From assembly GCA_010015805.1 (NCBI GenBank), contig ML978125.1, positions 2,046,001-2,110,000 of the forward strand: 64,000 nt of DNA, given 5' to 3'. The stretch's first letter is position 1. Every line of letters starts with the position of its first letter. Shown here piece after piece: positions 12,349 to 24,164 of this stretch. Both the position numbers and the translations under genes were made by a program. This DNA is from Rhizodiscina lignyota. Lineage: Eukaryota. The notes under the pieces are model-generated. The model made no database searches. It worked only from the letters and a program-made list of their open reading frames with translations, and was not told the origin of the DNA.

Positions 12349-13578
12349 TGTTGTTTCTGAGGGCCGTGGTGAGTGTGGGCAAAGATTGTTGGTTGTTGAT
12401 TGAGGGGAGATTTAATATCCGGGAAGAAAGAGTTGTTTACTTGAGGATCAATTCATCACGTGGCCTCAAGTGAAGTGACGTATCTGTCAATCACGATGAA
12501 AAGTATTGATTGAGGAAGGAATCTATCTGTGGTGGGGCGGAAATATATACACAACGGCAACTGACTCCAGAGCCTAGCTAACACCCTCCGATTCTCACCT
12601 TTAGCCTTTAAGACGGACAGGCGATGAAGATTTTTCTCTCTCTCCCACAATCACCTGCGCAAGGCAGATGAGATGCTGGAAAAAGACAAGGGGGGAGGGG
12701 AATCCAATGGCAGGAGCATTGTTATTCTGCCACGACAAGCGGGTGTGGTGTGTAAAAGACACCAACAAGAGTGCATACTAAAGAGAGAGAAGGCGAGGAC
12801 CTATAAAAGAAACTTCAATGGATTAACAAGTAGGCTTGCAAGCAAAGGCGAAAGAAGTGAACTGGAGAGAAGGAAAGGAGGAGAGAGCAGGAAGATCGGT
12901 GAGTATATATACCCAGAAAAATGCCAAGACTACAGCGACTCATAGGTATCAGCTTAGATTATGGTTGCGAGATCGGGTGTCAGAGGGTGTTGCAGCACCT
13001 GCTAGCAGCTCGATACACCTTTTTGTGCTATCTCGACGACGCCACTGGCGTCACAGCCTCAGAGTGTGCAGTACCACCCGATCCTCGGCCACTGATCTCT
13101 TTTCACTATGATATAGAACAAGGTGTTCCAGCGCTCGCGGAGGAGCTGAATCCATTGCCGCAGATCCTTCGCTGCAAATGAGTTGCTTCTGCGCAGACAC
13201 GCACGGTTTCAAGACATCATCACCAACCGATCCGAAAGTCTTCCAGAGAGTCAGGAAAATATCATATATTGTGCATATCTAGCCATTCGTAAATTTGCAA
13301 AAGGCTGCCGCCGCCACGATATATCAAACGCCGGAACCTTCAGTCCTCCCAGTCTCCTCGGGGCCTCCGGTAAAAGCAAGCTGCTATGTAATTGAGCATC
13401 CTCTTGGACCATAAGCTCATTATTCATTGCTCGGACGCTTCACTCGAGTCCGGGTAACCTGAAAACCACCAGCAAACGGTCTCTCTGCATCACTGTGAAA
13501 TGTGAAGGTTCTTTCCACTCCAGAACCCAGATTTCTAAGGCAACAAACATCTCCAGTAAGAGTTGGTCTGGCCATTAA

Positions 13579-14745
13579 TCATGACTCAGATGCTAAATTG
13601 TGAGTTGTCGGAGACTGATTGTCCTTCTGGCGCGGTTTTACCGGCTTCCGATTTGTGAGACTGCAACCCCCAAGGTAGGTTCCTTGCTGGGAAGCGTGGC
13701 GACAACGTGCACACTGAGCGCCTGGCCAGGGGATTTGCTCTACACCAGCTTCAGAATACCTCCAGCACTCGAACCCTTGTGTAACGCAATTGGTACAGCG
13801 CTCATCTCCCTCAAGCTTCTCGCCCAATTCTGTCTCCATGATTCTCCCAATATGAGAGAATCGTCTTCTCTTACTCTTCGACATGGCGTTTAACACTGCC
13901 TCAGTGCGGTACCACCACGTTCCACGTCTAGTAGGCGTATAGAGCGTGTTGGGGTTAATCCTCTGAGAGATTACCGGCGTGGGAGAACCCGCATTTGTTT
14001 CAGGTGTCTGCAATGCCTCGAGGGCAGGCGACCGTGTTGGGAGCGACGAATTCGACAATGGTGTAATGATGGGCGATAGAAGCAGAATCCGATTTTTTGC
14101 AGTGTGTCCGTTCGGTTCGCGACCTGGGTGGTCGAGCTCGACAGAGGGCCGCTCGGTATCCATTATCAGGCTGAAGCTCGAACTAAATGGATCGTCAACG
14201 TCGGGAGAATCTTCATCCAGACGTCGTTTCTTGATGAGAGGAGCTTGCTGCGACTGTTGTCTGTCGTTGGATTGCGAGGCATAACGGGACAGTTGGTGCT
14301 CGAGCTCTGCGACACGGTTGCGGAGAGCGTTGTTATTTGCCCGTACGGTAACCCGCACCTCGTAGTCTTCCCGGAAGACCCGATTCTCTTCACGGAGCTT
14401 CTTTATATCCTCTCTAAGCGAACGGACTTCTTCTTCGCGCTCGTTGAGCTCGAGTCTGAGGTCCTCGATCGTCTCTGCTTGAGTGTGCCTCTCCGCTTCT
14501 TGTTGCTCAAGTTCCGCCTTTTTCTCCTTCACAAGCACTTCCAAACAACGTATTTCACTCTTCAGAGACGCATCCGAACAGAGTGATACAACCCTTATCA
14601 GTTGCTCTTCAAGCTTCAGGATATGTTCTTCAAGCTTCAGGATCTGTGACTCTCTCTCGCGGAGAAGCTTTTTGACGCATTGATGATCATGTTTGATGGA
14701 CTCAAAGCACGATTCAAAATTTGCCCACAGAGGTGTCTGCGCCAT
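13579..14745 (-). CDS. Orphan coiled-coil protein B with basic NLS-like motif and C-terminal six-Cys (Zn2Cys6-like) motif
   Basis: Long intact ORF; N-terminal heptads, PLIKKRRL, C-x2-C-x6-C-x17-C-x2-C-x12-C near the C-terminus; ATG in CAACAATGG context at 14745. Confidence 0.75.
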   Translation of the reverse strand: MAQTPLWANFESCFESIKHDHQCVKKLLRERESQILKLEEHILKLEEQLIRVVSLCSDASLKSEIRCLEVLVKEKKAELEQQEAERHTQAETIEDLRLELNEREEEVRSLREDIKKLREENRVFREDYEVRVTVRANNNALRNRVAELEHQLSRYASQSNDRQQSQQAPLIKKRRLDEDSPDVDDPFSSSFSLIMDTERPSVELDHPGREPNGHTAKNRILLLSPIITPLSNSSLPTRSPALEALQTPETNAGSPTPVISQRINPNTLYTPTRRGTWWYRTEAVLNAMSKSKRRRFSHIGRIMETELGEKLEGDERCTNCVTQGFECWRYSEAGVEQIPWPGAQCARCRHASQQGTYLGGCSLTNRKPVKPRQKDNQSPTTHNLASES

Positions 14746-15123
14746 TGTTGAGCTTGAGTTTGGATTGAAGATGAGGAGAGTCAATATGTAGTGGTAATTG
14801 AGCTGACGCTGTCGTGAGAAGATGCTGGTTGCCTCATATCAGACAAGAATGGAAGTTGCGGCTCGCGTGACGCGACGACACGCGCACCTTCCCAAATCGT
14901 GCGCCTCAACTCTTCACATTCACAAGGTTCTTGAAATATTCGGCACTCATGGTAGACTTAATTCTGAGACAACTCGATTGCATTTGTGGTCTCAACGGCT
15001 TATCCGGTATCATACAATGTCAGCCCCTTTCACACTTCGCATAGTGCCAGTAACTTGTGAGCCACCAGCCCGCCCGATTCATCACACCTACGATTGACAA
15101 GTGCTTCGAATCACCCCTCAATG

Positions 15124-16149
15124 CTACGGTGAACCATAAGTAGCTGGAACAGGGCCATCACGCACCCAGAACTGCTCCTTCGATGGGTCATCACCCCTTC
15201 CGGTCCGAAACCTCGCGCGGATGTACACCACGTTATCGCGCTTGAAGGCACACAGGGTCCTATTGTATGCACATTTCGAGCATATGGCGTTGAGTCTTTC
15301 GGGCAACGTCCAACCAGGCGGACTGCCATGCGTGATGCAGCCTTCCTCGTCTCTTTTGACCCAGTTCGGATCCTTCTCGGTCCATTGGGAAAGCATTTTG
15401 TCAAGGAACTCGAACGAGAATGGGAGATCCTCTTCCTGCACTATGTGCCTCGTGCTGGGGTCCTTCTCGTCGTCGTAGTAGATGCCGTAGAACTTGATCT
15501 TGAGCGGATCTGCAGAAGGGATCAGATGCTCCTTCTTGGCCTCTGGCTTGCCGCCCGAGGTGATGTTGTCATCCAAACCACGGTTCTGAGATCGATGGAT
15601 TGATTGCGGAAGGGACGGCACTAAGTTGAGAGGGTTGACATGCGGCGGGGACATGGCTACTCCGGTCATAGGGGATGGAGGGTGGGAAGCAAGACTGCCA
15701 GTTGCCCAATGCGTAGAGGCGACCCGATTCTTCAAATCTTTCAACACATTGGTCTGTAAAAGTCAGTCATACGCATTCAAACCGTAATGATGTAATCAAG
15801 CCCTTACAAGTCTTTCCAACCCATTATGCAGCGCGGCGACTTGTGCGGTAGCAGCTTCCAGCTCCTGCTGATACTGCGCATAGGTCGTGTCGCGCTCTGA
15901 ACATTCGTGTTCGAGACTCTGCTTGAGCGTTTTGATGGTGGCTTTCTGGTTGTCGTTCTGCTCTTTGAGGCGCCTGTTTCTGCCCTTGGCCGTATCGTAA
16001 CTCTTTGTGAGCAAGCTAATGATCTCTTCGAGCCTCTTTACCTCTGTATTAAGCCGTTCCCTCTCGCTTTCGAGCGTCTGAACACGGCGGTCAGGCTCAG
16101 GAGCCCAGAGTTGGGGAGATGGCCGATGGATAGGAGATTCGGGATTCAT
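15124..16149 (-). CDS. Orphan coiled-coil protein C with C-terminal Cys/His-rich motif
   Basis: ORFs 15796-16170 and 15124-15747 join in phase 0 through intron 15754-15807 (GTAAGG...CTGAC...CAG); CITH...W...CSKC-x6-C motif. Confidence 0.7.
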
Positions 16150-17868
16150 GGTGCTCAATTGAGATGCCACAGTGATGGTGGGATATTAAGCGACCACAAC
16201 GACGGCGGTCACCGTTTGAGGAAGGGACGAGGCAGCAGTTGAACTGCGCATCAGTCCGAAGGGTTGAAGAAGTCAAGGAGATGAAAGAAGTTTGGTGTTC
16301 TTATACCCGTGGATGTTTGTTTACGCACCGCCGCGCGAGAATCTCCCTCCGTGTGTGGCCGCCCGACACAAAGCCTAAAATGGCGCTAACAGATGCCTAA
16401 CATCTCCTCCAACACGTGAATAGTTCCTCTTCTAGCGGAGGACCGTCATCAGGGCTTCCCGAATCTTCCATGAGGACCCCAATGGCGCTCCTCATTTCCG
16501 CTGATAGCCGTAATTCGCTATACACCACCATCTTCCAACGACGTACACTTTTCTGCATCATGTGAATGGATATGAAGGTTGGCTTGGGGCATCTTGATGC
16601 TTCACGCGGCCTTGCTCTTGTAGGGGTTTCGTGGACGGGATAGGAGTCGTGACATGTGGGAACATCGTGCGTAGTACCAAAGGGCGTTTTGATCTGTCTT
16701 GATTATCATTAGCCACCAGGGAACGATCAACGCTCGATCAAGCTTGAGCAGTCTTCACTTATCCCTCGGTATCCCTACGACGGTATCTTGGAATTGGTGA
16801 ACAGTTGGAAGAGGCCCGTTGGAACCAGCGGCTTTAGGAGATGTAAGAAAAGCACAAGGAACTTCTCAAGGTCATAATATGCAATCTCTCCCATCAATCT
16901 GGCCGTTGCTTTGCTCCAAGTACCATTAAACCCCAGTAGTAATCCAGCCCGTCAATTCACGATGATCTAGTGAATTTTGGAGTCAGTAGCTTTCCGGTAC
17001 GCTCCCACCAGAGTATACGTACGCTGAGCTGGACACCTCCTTCACCCTCCCCTTCGGCATCCTGCAGACTGGGAATGACCACCGACTGCCACACATTGTC
17101 CAACCGCATTACAGAGGTATTCGTCATGCAAACGGCCTCTTTGGAGCTGCGGAGGTAATCCTCAGTGGCGTCGTGACACCTGACCATCTCTTCTAGCATC
17201 ATGCGCAGCTGGACATATCTCTCTCTTCTACCAAGCCATCGTCGACGTACGCAGCATCAGGCCAATGCCATCTTGGAAACTTGGGCCTTCCTGACGAAAG
17301 ACATCACGACGGACAAGAGGGAACAGAAACACACACACGCATTTGCGCGAGCTCTTAAAGTGGAAGACAAACCGGCGGCAAAGGACATCCAACCTTCCAT
17401 TCAGGGTATAAGCTACCTACGTAGTACGAAGCCCAAGCTTCCTCCACGTTCATTAATATCCGCCCTCCTCATCCAATCATTATCATTAGCGCGCCAGCAA
17501 GCTGGGCCTGCGTCCACCAAGGACAAAAGCACAAATGGGTACGCCAGGGTGCCAGCTCAACGCAAAGAGCGGAGGTGCAAAGCGCGACATGAAAGTCGCT
17601 TCGGGGGTGAATGCTATGTTGAAAGAAAGACGTGAAACAACGCGGTGTATAGCGCTCGCGGCAGTGGTATCATCGAGGAAAAGTCATGAAGCGGAAAAAG
17701 CGAGAGCAAAAAACAAGTCGCAGGCGATGAGTTGATGCATTCCAGTCTGATTGGCGCCTTATGCAACCAGAAGCAAAATAACGATAACGGAAAGTGATCC
17801 AGTCTCTTTGGGTATCAAGTGATTAGGGTTTGTGAGAGGTAGGTGAACGTAGATGCGAGTAGGAAATT

Positions 17869-19961
17869 TTACGCAAGTGATTTCAGTTTGCGCGCATGTA
17901 CTCTCCGCTGTGCCCAGCCCTTGATGGCAATGCACGTCGTTGCCCACGCCATCAGGAATGCCGAGAATCCCACGACGACGTTGAAAACGAACATGGCATC
18001 GAGATTGTTGTACTCGAGGGCAGCAACAGTGTCCTTGTTGCTGAGCATGAAAAGCAGACCGCCTGCGACGAGGCAGAAGCTGCTCACAATCTCGGTAGGC
18101 GGGCGCTGTGGGAGATGCGATACGGGCAAGCGGATGTACAAGATGCCATAGGTTGCAATGCGCGCAATAGCGAAGCCGCCGAAGAGGTTCCCCCACTGCG
18201 CGTGTAGCATGGTGGAAACCATCGACTCCTGCTTATGCGAGCCCATCATGACGCCAAGGAGGAGGATGGTGAGCGCTGGCATAGGATTCATGGAGAATGA
18301 CCACTGTGTCGGCTGCCTGAACTCCTCCTCCATATTGTTTGAGTCGTCTCGGGCGAGTTGGATAGTAGACATAAGGAGGTCGCGGATAGTGGTCGACTCG
18401 ATAAGCATGCCGAGCTATTTGTCACGCATTAGCCGAACTAGCCTGAATGCACGCCATAACGGGCGACCCGCGCGGCTTGACTCGCAAATAGTGCGCAAAT
18501 ACGCCAAAAAGGAAGGAACATGAAACATAAAGACTTACCAATCCGCCACCAAAGAACATGAGCGTGATGGAAACATGCTCCAAATCGATGGGCGCCCATT
18601 CAGCACCGGAAGCCGCCAGATGTTCCAAACCGACGTTCGAAATGCCGTAGAAACAGATGACGGCGGATTCGATGAATTCTGCAGACGGCATCATGGCCGG
18701 CCATCGCCCGACGACCTCTTTCGACGGTTTTTTGTTCCATGCCCATCCAAAATCGGCGAAGCAGCCCATCCATCGACCGAATGTGAGCAGGCCGTACCAG
18801 AAGAAGATGCCGCCCTTGATGAAATGGGCCAGGCCGTTGAAGACGCTGTCACCGTGCTGTGCCAAGGGAAGCGGGTTAGCCGCCATTTCGGGAAGGTCCA
18901 GGCTCATTTGATAGACGCAGGTACGACCAACGCTCCAACCACGCGGGATGACGTCGGCCGCTCGTCCAAAATGAACCTTGAAAAAATATAATTCGGGAAG
19001 TACTTACGAAAATTCCGCTATATATCACTGCGCCTGTGAGGATGCCCAAGAAGCCCAAGCAGAGCAACGATTTCTCCAGGAGGACGTGTACGATGCGAAT
19101 GGCCAGCAGCGTGCGCCGAAAGCCACCCAGACGACCAACGTTGCGCGATAGGAACCGATCGACGGTGGTGCGGCGCAAGAAGCTGCGCTTCTCATGAGTG
19201 TCAAACTCGTCGTCCTCATCGTCGTGCTCGTAGCTGCGCGGCGGGTCGTGGAGCTGCTGGTTCTCGGATTGGATACTCGGCGAGCGCGATTGGCTGAACA
19301 ACGACGAAGAGTTACGCTCGCTGCCTTGGCCAGAGTCGCCTGACCACCGTCGCGGGTCCGAAATGGGCGTATCTTCAAAACGACCATATTCGGCCATAGC
19401 GGCAGCAGTCACAGCCTGTCCAGACCTGCGCCGCTTGTGGTTGCTCGCTGGGCTGTGGAGAGTAACCAAGCCCATGATGACCCAGGCAGACGCTATCCAG
19501 GTGATGACCCAGCCAACCGAGCTGTGCTTCTCACCCTCAAAGAAGTTAGGCGTGGAGTGGTTGTAGATGACGCCGGTGAGCAGTCCAAACGCGTTGACGA
19601 GGAGGAATGCCAATTGCGCCGGAAGCTTGAAGCGCGAACCCGCCACGCTTAGCATGACAGCTACAGAAGAAAATCAATTGCCTATTCCTATGCTAACTGA
19701 GGGTCCTGTTTGCTTACCAACAGGTAGTACGAATGCCCAACCAATACTCATAAGGGCAATGTGCGCCAAGATCATCTTGCCATGCTCTGTATGGCGGAAG
19801 TAGCTGGTAGGAATGGCCATCGGGGCTGGCGCCGCGTCTGACGGGGCTGGGCTCATGTCCATATCGACGGCCTCGCCATCATTCCCATGAGCGACTGCTA
19901 CAGGCAGAAGCTCGAGCAGAATCGCCGCGCCGGCAAGGACGAGCCCGCTCCACGTCTTCAT
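17869..19961 (-). CDS. Ytp1-like (DUF2427 + Ytp1 domain) integral membrane protein
   Basis: Signal-peptide-like N-terminus, AHIALMSIGWAFVLP, LAHFIKGGIFFWYGLLTFGRWMG, DLEHVSI, HAQWG, RPPTE; several introns. Confidence 0.85.
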
Positions 19962-21850
19962 GTGTCCCGACTAATCTCGGGTCGCAAAGAGAGTATGTAG
20001 GTATGAGGAGTATGGTTGGGCAGCGAGTGCTCCGCGGTGTGATGCTGCGCGTATTATGAGGGCGCGCACGCCTGTTGCTCGGTCGGTTCAAGGTGCGGTG
20101 AGAGGGTAGGTTTCGGTGTGCTCGCAGCTGTCGTTCGCGGAAGGGATGGAAAACGTTCGCAAACGGCAGGAAGAGTCAGCGCAAGCACAAACAAGAGGTT
20201 CGTGGAGGCAGTGTGTGCTGTGGCGGTGGGCCTGGTGAGGACTTTATTCATAGGTACTTTCGGAGTTTGCACACCCCATCTGCTTACAATTGGCATATTC
20301 GTCCGATGAGGTAAAGCAGTGCCAAGAGGGCCCTGGAGAGCGTGAGGGCGTGCGGATGGCGCCGGATATGCTAGCTAAGGAAGAGCCCACACCAGCCCCG
20401 TCCATCACGTCCTCACGCTCCACGAGGTCGTCAGCGGCACCGGTATGCCGCGCTCTTGGGACTGTCGTATCGCGGTGCATTGCCCGACGCGGGGAGCAAC
20501 GGTTGCACGCCATATCGCAGTAGCCGCAGACAAAACGTGGTGTTTGCGGGCGTGAAAGCAGCCCTCGAAAAAGTTCGATATCAACAAGCGAAGCTCGTCT
20601 GCTGCTGCTCCGGCTCGAAGTTCCAGCCAATGGCGAAATCATGTGGGCGACTCCCGCGGGCCCTGAGGTGTGCTCCCATGTGCATGATCCCGGGCGGGCC
20701 AACGCCATTCGACAGGCCCGTGCTTCCGCCCTGTGAGAGCCGCTTCACTTTCTGAGGACCGTCATCATTCCACCCTTCTTTGTCCTCGCCGCCCGAGGCA
20801 TGCGCCAGGCTCTTTCATGCTTACTACCGTACTACCTGCGTACTTCTGTAGCACATTCTCATGCCGAGCGCTCTGCCACCGCTGCATTCTGCCTCGCTGT
20901 CTTGCGTCGGCGAGCCCTCTGCCAGCAACGTCACCGAAAAATCGCAGCATAAAATTCCGACGGTGCGACTGACATGAATAAGCATGCGCTCCGAGCTAAG
21001 GCCGGCGGAAGTCGGCACAGTGGCACGATGTATGTGCTCAACACCAACTTCCTCATGTATTGCCGGCCACGGAGGGTCTTGCGAGGAGCGTTGGAGCGGA
21101 AAGACGACTGACCCAATAACCCCTGCCCACGCCAACCTCAACTGCTGCACGCTGTCCAGTCATCCAGCAACAGCTTCTCACATGCAAACATCCCCATGGC
21201 TGCCCGAAGTCATTGTTGTCTCATTCCCATGACAGCTGCATCCACGCTAAATCGGCGATGCTCGCCGCCTCTCATTCGGTCGTCACACCACTCACCACAG
21301 TCACCATGACCGAGCCCGGCATGAGCCGAGTGGCCGTTCGACCAGCCGCATTCCGCTCTAACTCCTCGCTCGGGCGGTGAGTTTCTTTAAAGCCGGACAG
21401 TCTGTCCGCTCTGCCGCGAAGGCAGCCTCAGCAGACTCCGCAGAGGCACCACGTACTCGTACGACAGCAGCTTAAGACTCTGCGGAGACTTTTTTAGGCA
21501 TCTGTCGTACCGCGCGCCTAATGCACCCGGCGGCTGGCCCCGTCGATATCGGGATGGCTGCCTTGGCCCTTTTGCGAGTAAGATAGATGGTTATCTACCT
21601 GTGACTCTACGTGGACAACTGCCTTCCGATCATAAAGTAGTGTACAGCTCGATCCCGAAAACCGCATCACAAAGCAGTTTGTCAATTCTCTCACTTGCCT
21701 CAAGCGAGACGCTAAATCCTAATCTCTGTTATCGTCCATCTCCATCCCCGCACTTTCAAGGTTTCTCGTCAGCCCCTCTTTCGGATCTCCAGCTTTCTTA
21801 CATCTCCAAAACGCCAAGCGCTACAACCAGGCTTGCGATTCGACACAATA

Positions 21851-22789
21851 ATGCGTACAGTCCAAATCCAGCAGTGGGGCGAAATTCCGAAGTACACCGA
21901 CGCCGACGATCTTCCCGTTCCATCACCTGACTCGAACCAGATCCAGCTGACCGTCAAAGCAACTGGTCTCCACCAATTGGTCAAGGGTCGTGCAAGTGGT
22001 GTTCACTACTCTGCCAAAACTCTACCACACACTCTCGGAGTCGATGGTGTCGGCACGGCTTCTGATGGCAAGGACTACTACTTCAACACTCTTATACCAG
22101 GAGCGTCGACTGGCTCCTACAGCGAAAAGGTCAATGTCTGGAAATCCGCCGCCGTTCCACTCCCGGAGAATGCGGACCCAATCCAGATTGCCGGCCTAGT
22201 AAATCCAGGAATGTCGAGCTGGATGGCCTTGACGGCACGCACGACGAATCTCCCACCGAACTTCACTGTTGTCATCATGGGCGCTACGAGCATGTCCGGC
22301 CGCGTCGCTGCACAGTTCTGCAGGTTCTACGGAGCAGGTAAGGTCATTGGCGTGGCACGAAATGCGAAAGCGCTTGCGGAGATTAGGGGCCTGGATGCTT
22401 CGATCCCGCTCGCGGACGACCCAGCTGCGACAGACTTCTCTTCTCTGGTTGAAGCCGGTGTGGACGTCGTGCTGGACTACATCTATGGCCCCGCCCTTGT
22501 CGCGCTTTTCAAGGCGCTGAAGCCGACTGTGGACAGGCCGCTGCAGTACGTGGAGATTGGAAGTATGGCCGCGAGGGAGACACCGCTCCCTGCCGATCTC
22601 CTTCGAAGTAAGGACATCACGATGCGAGGAGCGGGCCCGGGATCGTGGAGTATGCCGCAGCTGGGGAAGCAGATGCCGACGCTGATTGCGAATTTGTGCA
22701 AAGTGGGAGAGATGCCGATCAAGGTTATGAAGTTGTCGGAAGTCGCTGAAGGGTGGAAAGAGAAGGAGCGTGTGGTTTTTGTACCCTGA
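21851..22789 (+). CDS. Zinc-independent MDR / quinone oxidoreductase-like protein
   Basis: Intronless ORF; LPHTLGVDGVG, NPGMSSWMAL, IMGATSMSG nucleotide-binding turn, DVVLDYIYG. Confidence 0.85.
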   Translation: MRTVQIQQWGEIPKYTDADDLPVPSPDSNQIQLTVKATGLHQLVKGRASGVHYSAKTLPHTLGVDGVGTASDGKDYYFNTLIPGASTGSYSEKVNVWKSAAVPLPENADPIQIAGLVNPGMSSWMALTARTTNLPPNFTVVIMGATSMSGRVAAQFCRFYGAGKVIGVARNAKALAEIRGLDASIPLADDPAATDFSSLVEAGVDVVLDYIYGPALVALFKALKPTVDRPLQYVEIGSMAARETPLPADLLRSKDITMRGAGPGSWSMPQLGKQMPTLIANLCKVGEMPIKVMKLSEVAEGWKEKERVVFVP

Positions 22790-23199
22790 GGGACTCTGAG
22801 GAACGTGTTGTAAAGATTGCACCACGACAGAGATATTGGTTCGTTAGACGTCCTGCTACTTCCTTACCATACGAAGTCAACAATTAGACTCCAAATTTAT
22901 GCATGTGCGTTCTTTCATGTCTCGTCGATTGGCATCTTCTGCTAATGTATCTGTGGGAGATATCAACTATTGAGATCAGGTCATTCCTTCTGTCCTCCCA
23001 TGAGGTATCTCAAAACAATGTCAAATCCAGCTTAGAATACACAGGTGCCCGCCTCAATCCTGCATCTCGTCCTCCAGAAAATAAGATCCCCTCCAACCCC
23101 GGAGCGGTTTTTACTGTGTCGTCTGGACTCCACGAAACTCGTCAGCTGCAATTCCTGCATACTTTACCGTTATCTTTTCCAGCCTCGCCATTCTCCATC

Positions 23200-23927
23200 A
23201 TGAACAACGAACTTGATTGGCTCCTCGCGACCGACGAGGCTGAAGCAGCTTCAACCAGTCAGCCTGTCACAACAAACGACGTCGCTACGAGCTACATGCA
23301 GTTCCCTCCCGCTCTTACCCCGCCCTTCGATGCCTTCAGCACGAACTGGGCCGTTCCAGTTTCAGTGTTCGACCATCCAGAGCAGCCAAATGGCTTCGAT
23401 CCTCTCCCGAATTCCTTCAACGGGGCGTTCGGCCTATCGGAGGCCTCGCCCTTCCATATGCGACAACCGGGTTTCGATCGCCCTTCCAACGCCAGCGGCG
23501 CGCACGAAGTTTTCAACTGGATGGAGCCTGGCAATTCTTTGCCTGCCGTGGGCAGTTATATGCATCAAGATGCATTAATCCCCGCATACAGCAGTGCGTT
23601 AAACCCAAATGGGGAATTTAAGCGCGCTGTTGATGCCGGGTGAGTTTTTTTTTTAATCCCTAACTGATGGTTTGCCTTCTTGGGTTGCGCAGGGGGGAAT
23701 TAGCGTGCCCCTGGGGAGGCTGTCGCAGTACCTTTACCCGAGGTTCTGACCTCAACCGTCATCTCTACACCATTCATATGGCGACCGAACAACACTGGTG
23801 TGACGTGGCAGGCAGCCCACGAAGTGAGAGCTCCCCTGGAGTGGGGAAGCCATTCCCAAGGAAAGACAAGAGGGACGATCATATGAGGAAGGCTCATAAG
23901 CTTAATGCCGTGGCAGCTCGACGTTAA
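23200..23927 (+). CDS. C2H2 zinc-finger protein (one intact finger, one degenerate)
   Basis: Intron ~23640-23692; CPWGGCRSTFTRGSDLNRHLYTIH followed by WCDVAGS...FPRKDKRDDHMRKAH. Confidence 0.7.
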
Positions 23928-24164
23928 GTTGCTTGAGGCACAAGCGGTTAGGACTGTGATTGCTGCTGAGTCTTTGGACGAGAAGAACTCGGCATGGAAC
24001 AGTTAGGACCACCGGCAAGGAGAATGACAGTGCAGGCATTTGTTCGACTTTCGACATTACGGTCGTTACCAAAGTGCATCCGCTCCACTTCTTTTTGAAA
24101 TGACAAGTACTCTCATTGAATATAAAATATTGCTTTGGCTATCTCAGTGCGATTCTCATTTGCT

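Noticed and set aside
16750..17735. Short ORFs between orphan gene C and the Ytp1-like gene
   Set aside because: Fragmentary and motif-free; cannot be supported as genes.
21428..21490. Group I intron core or HDV-like ribozyme (CAGACT, CTTAAGA)
   Set aside because: No P7 partner (TAGTC) and no HDV P3/P1.1/J4-2 arrangement.
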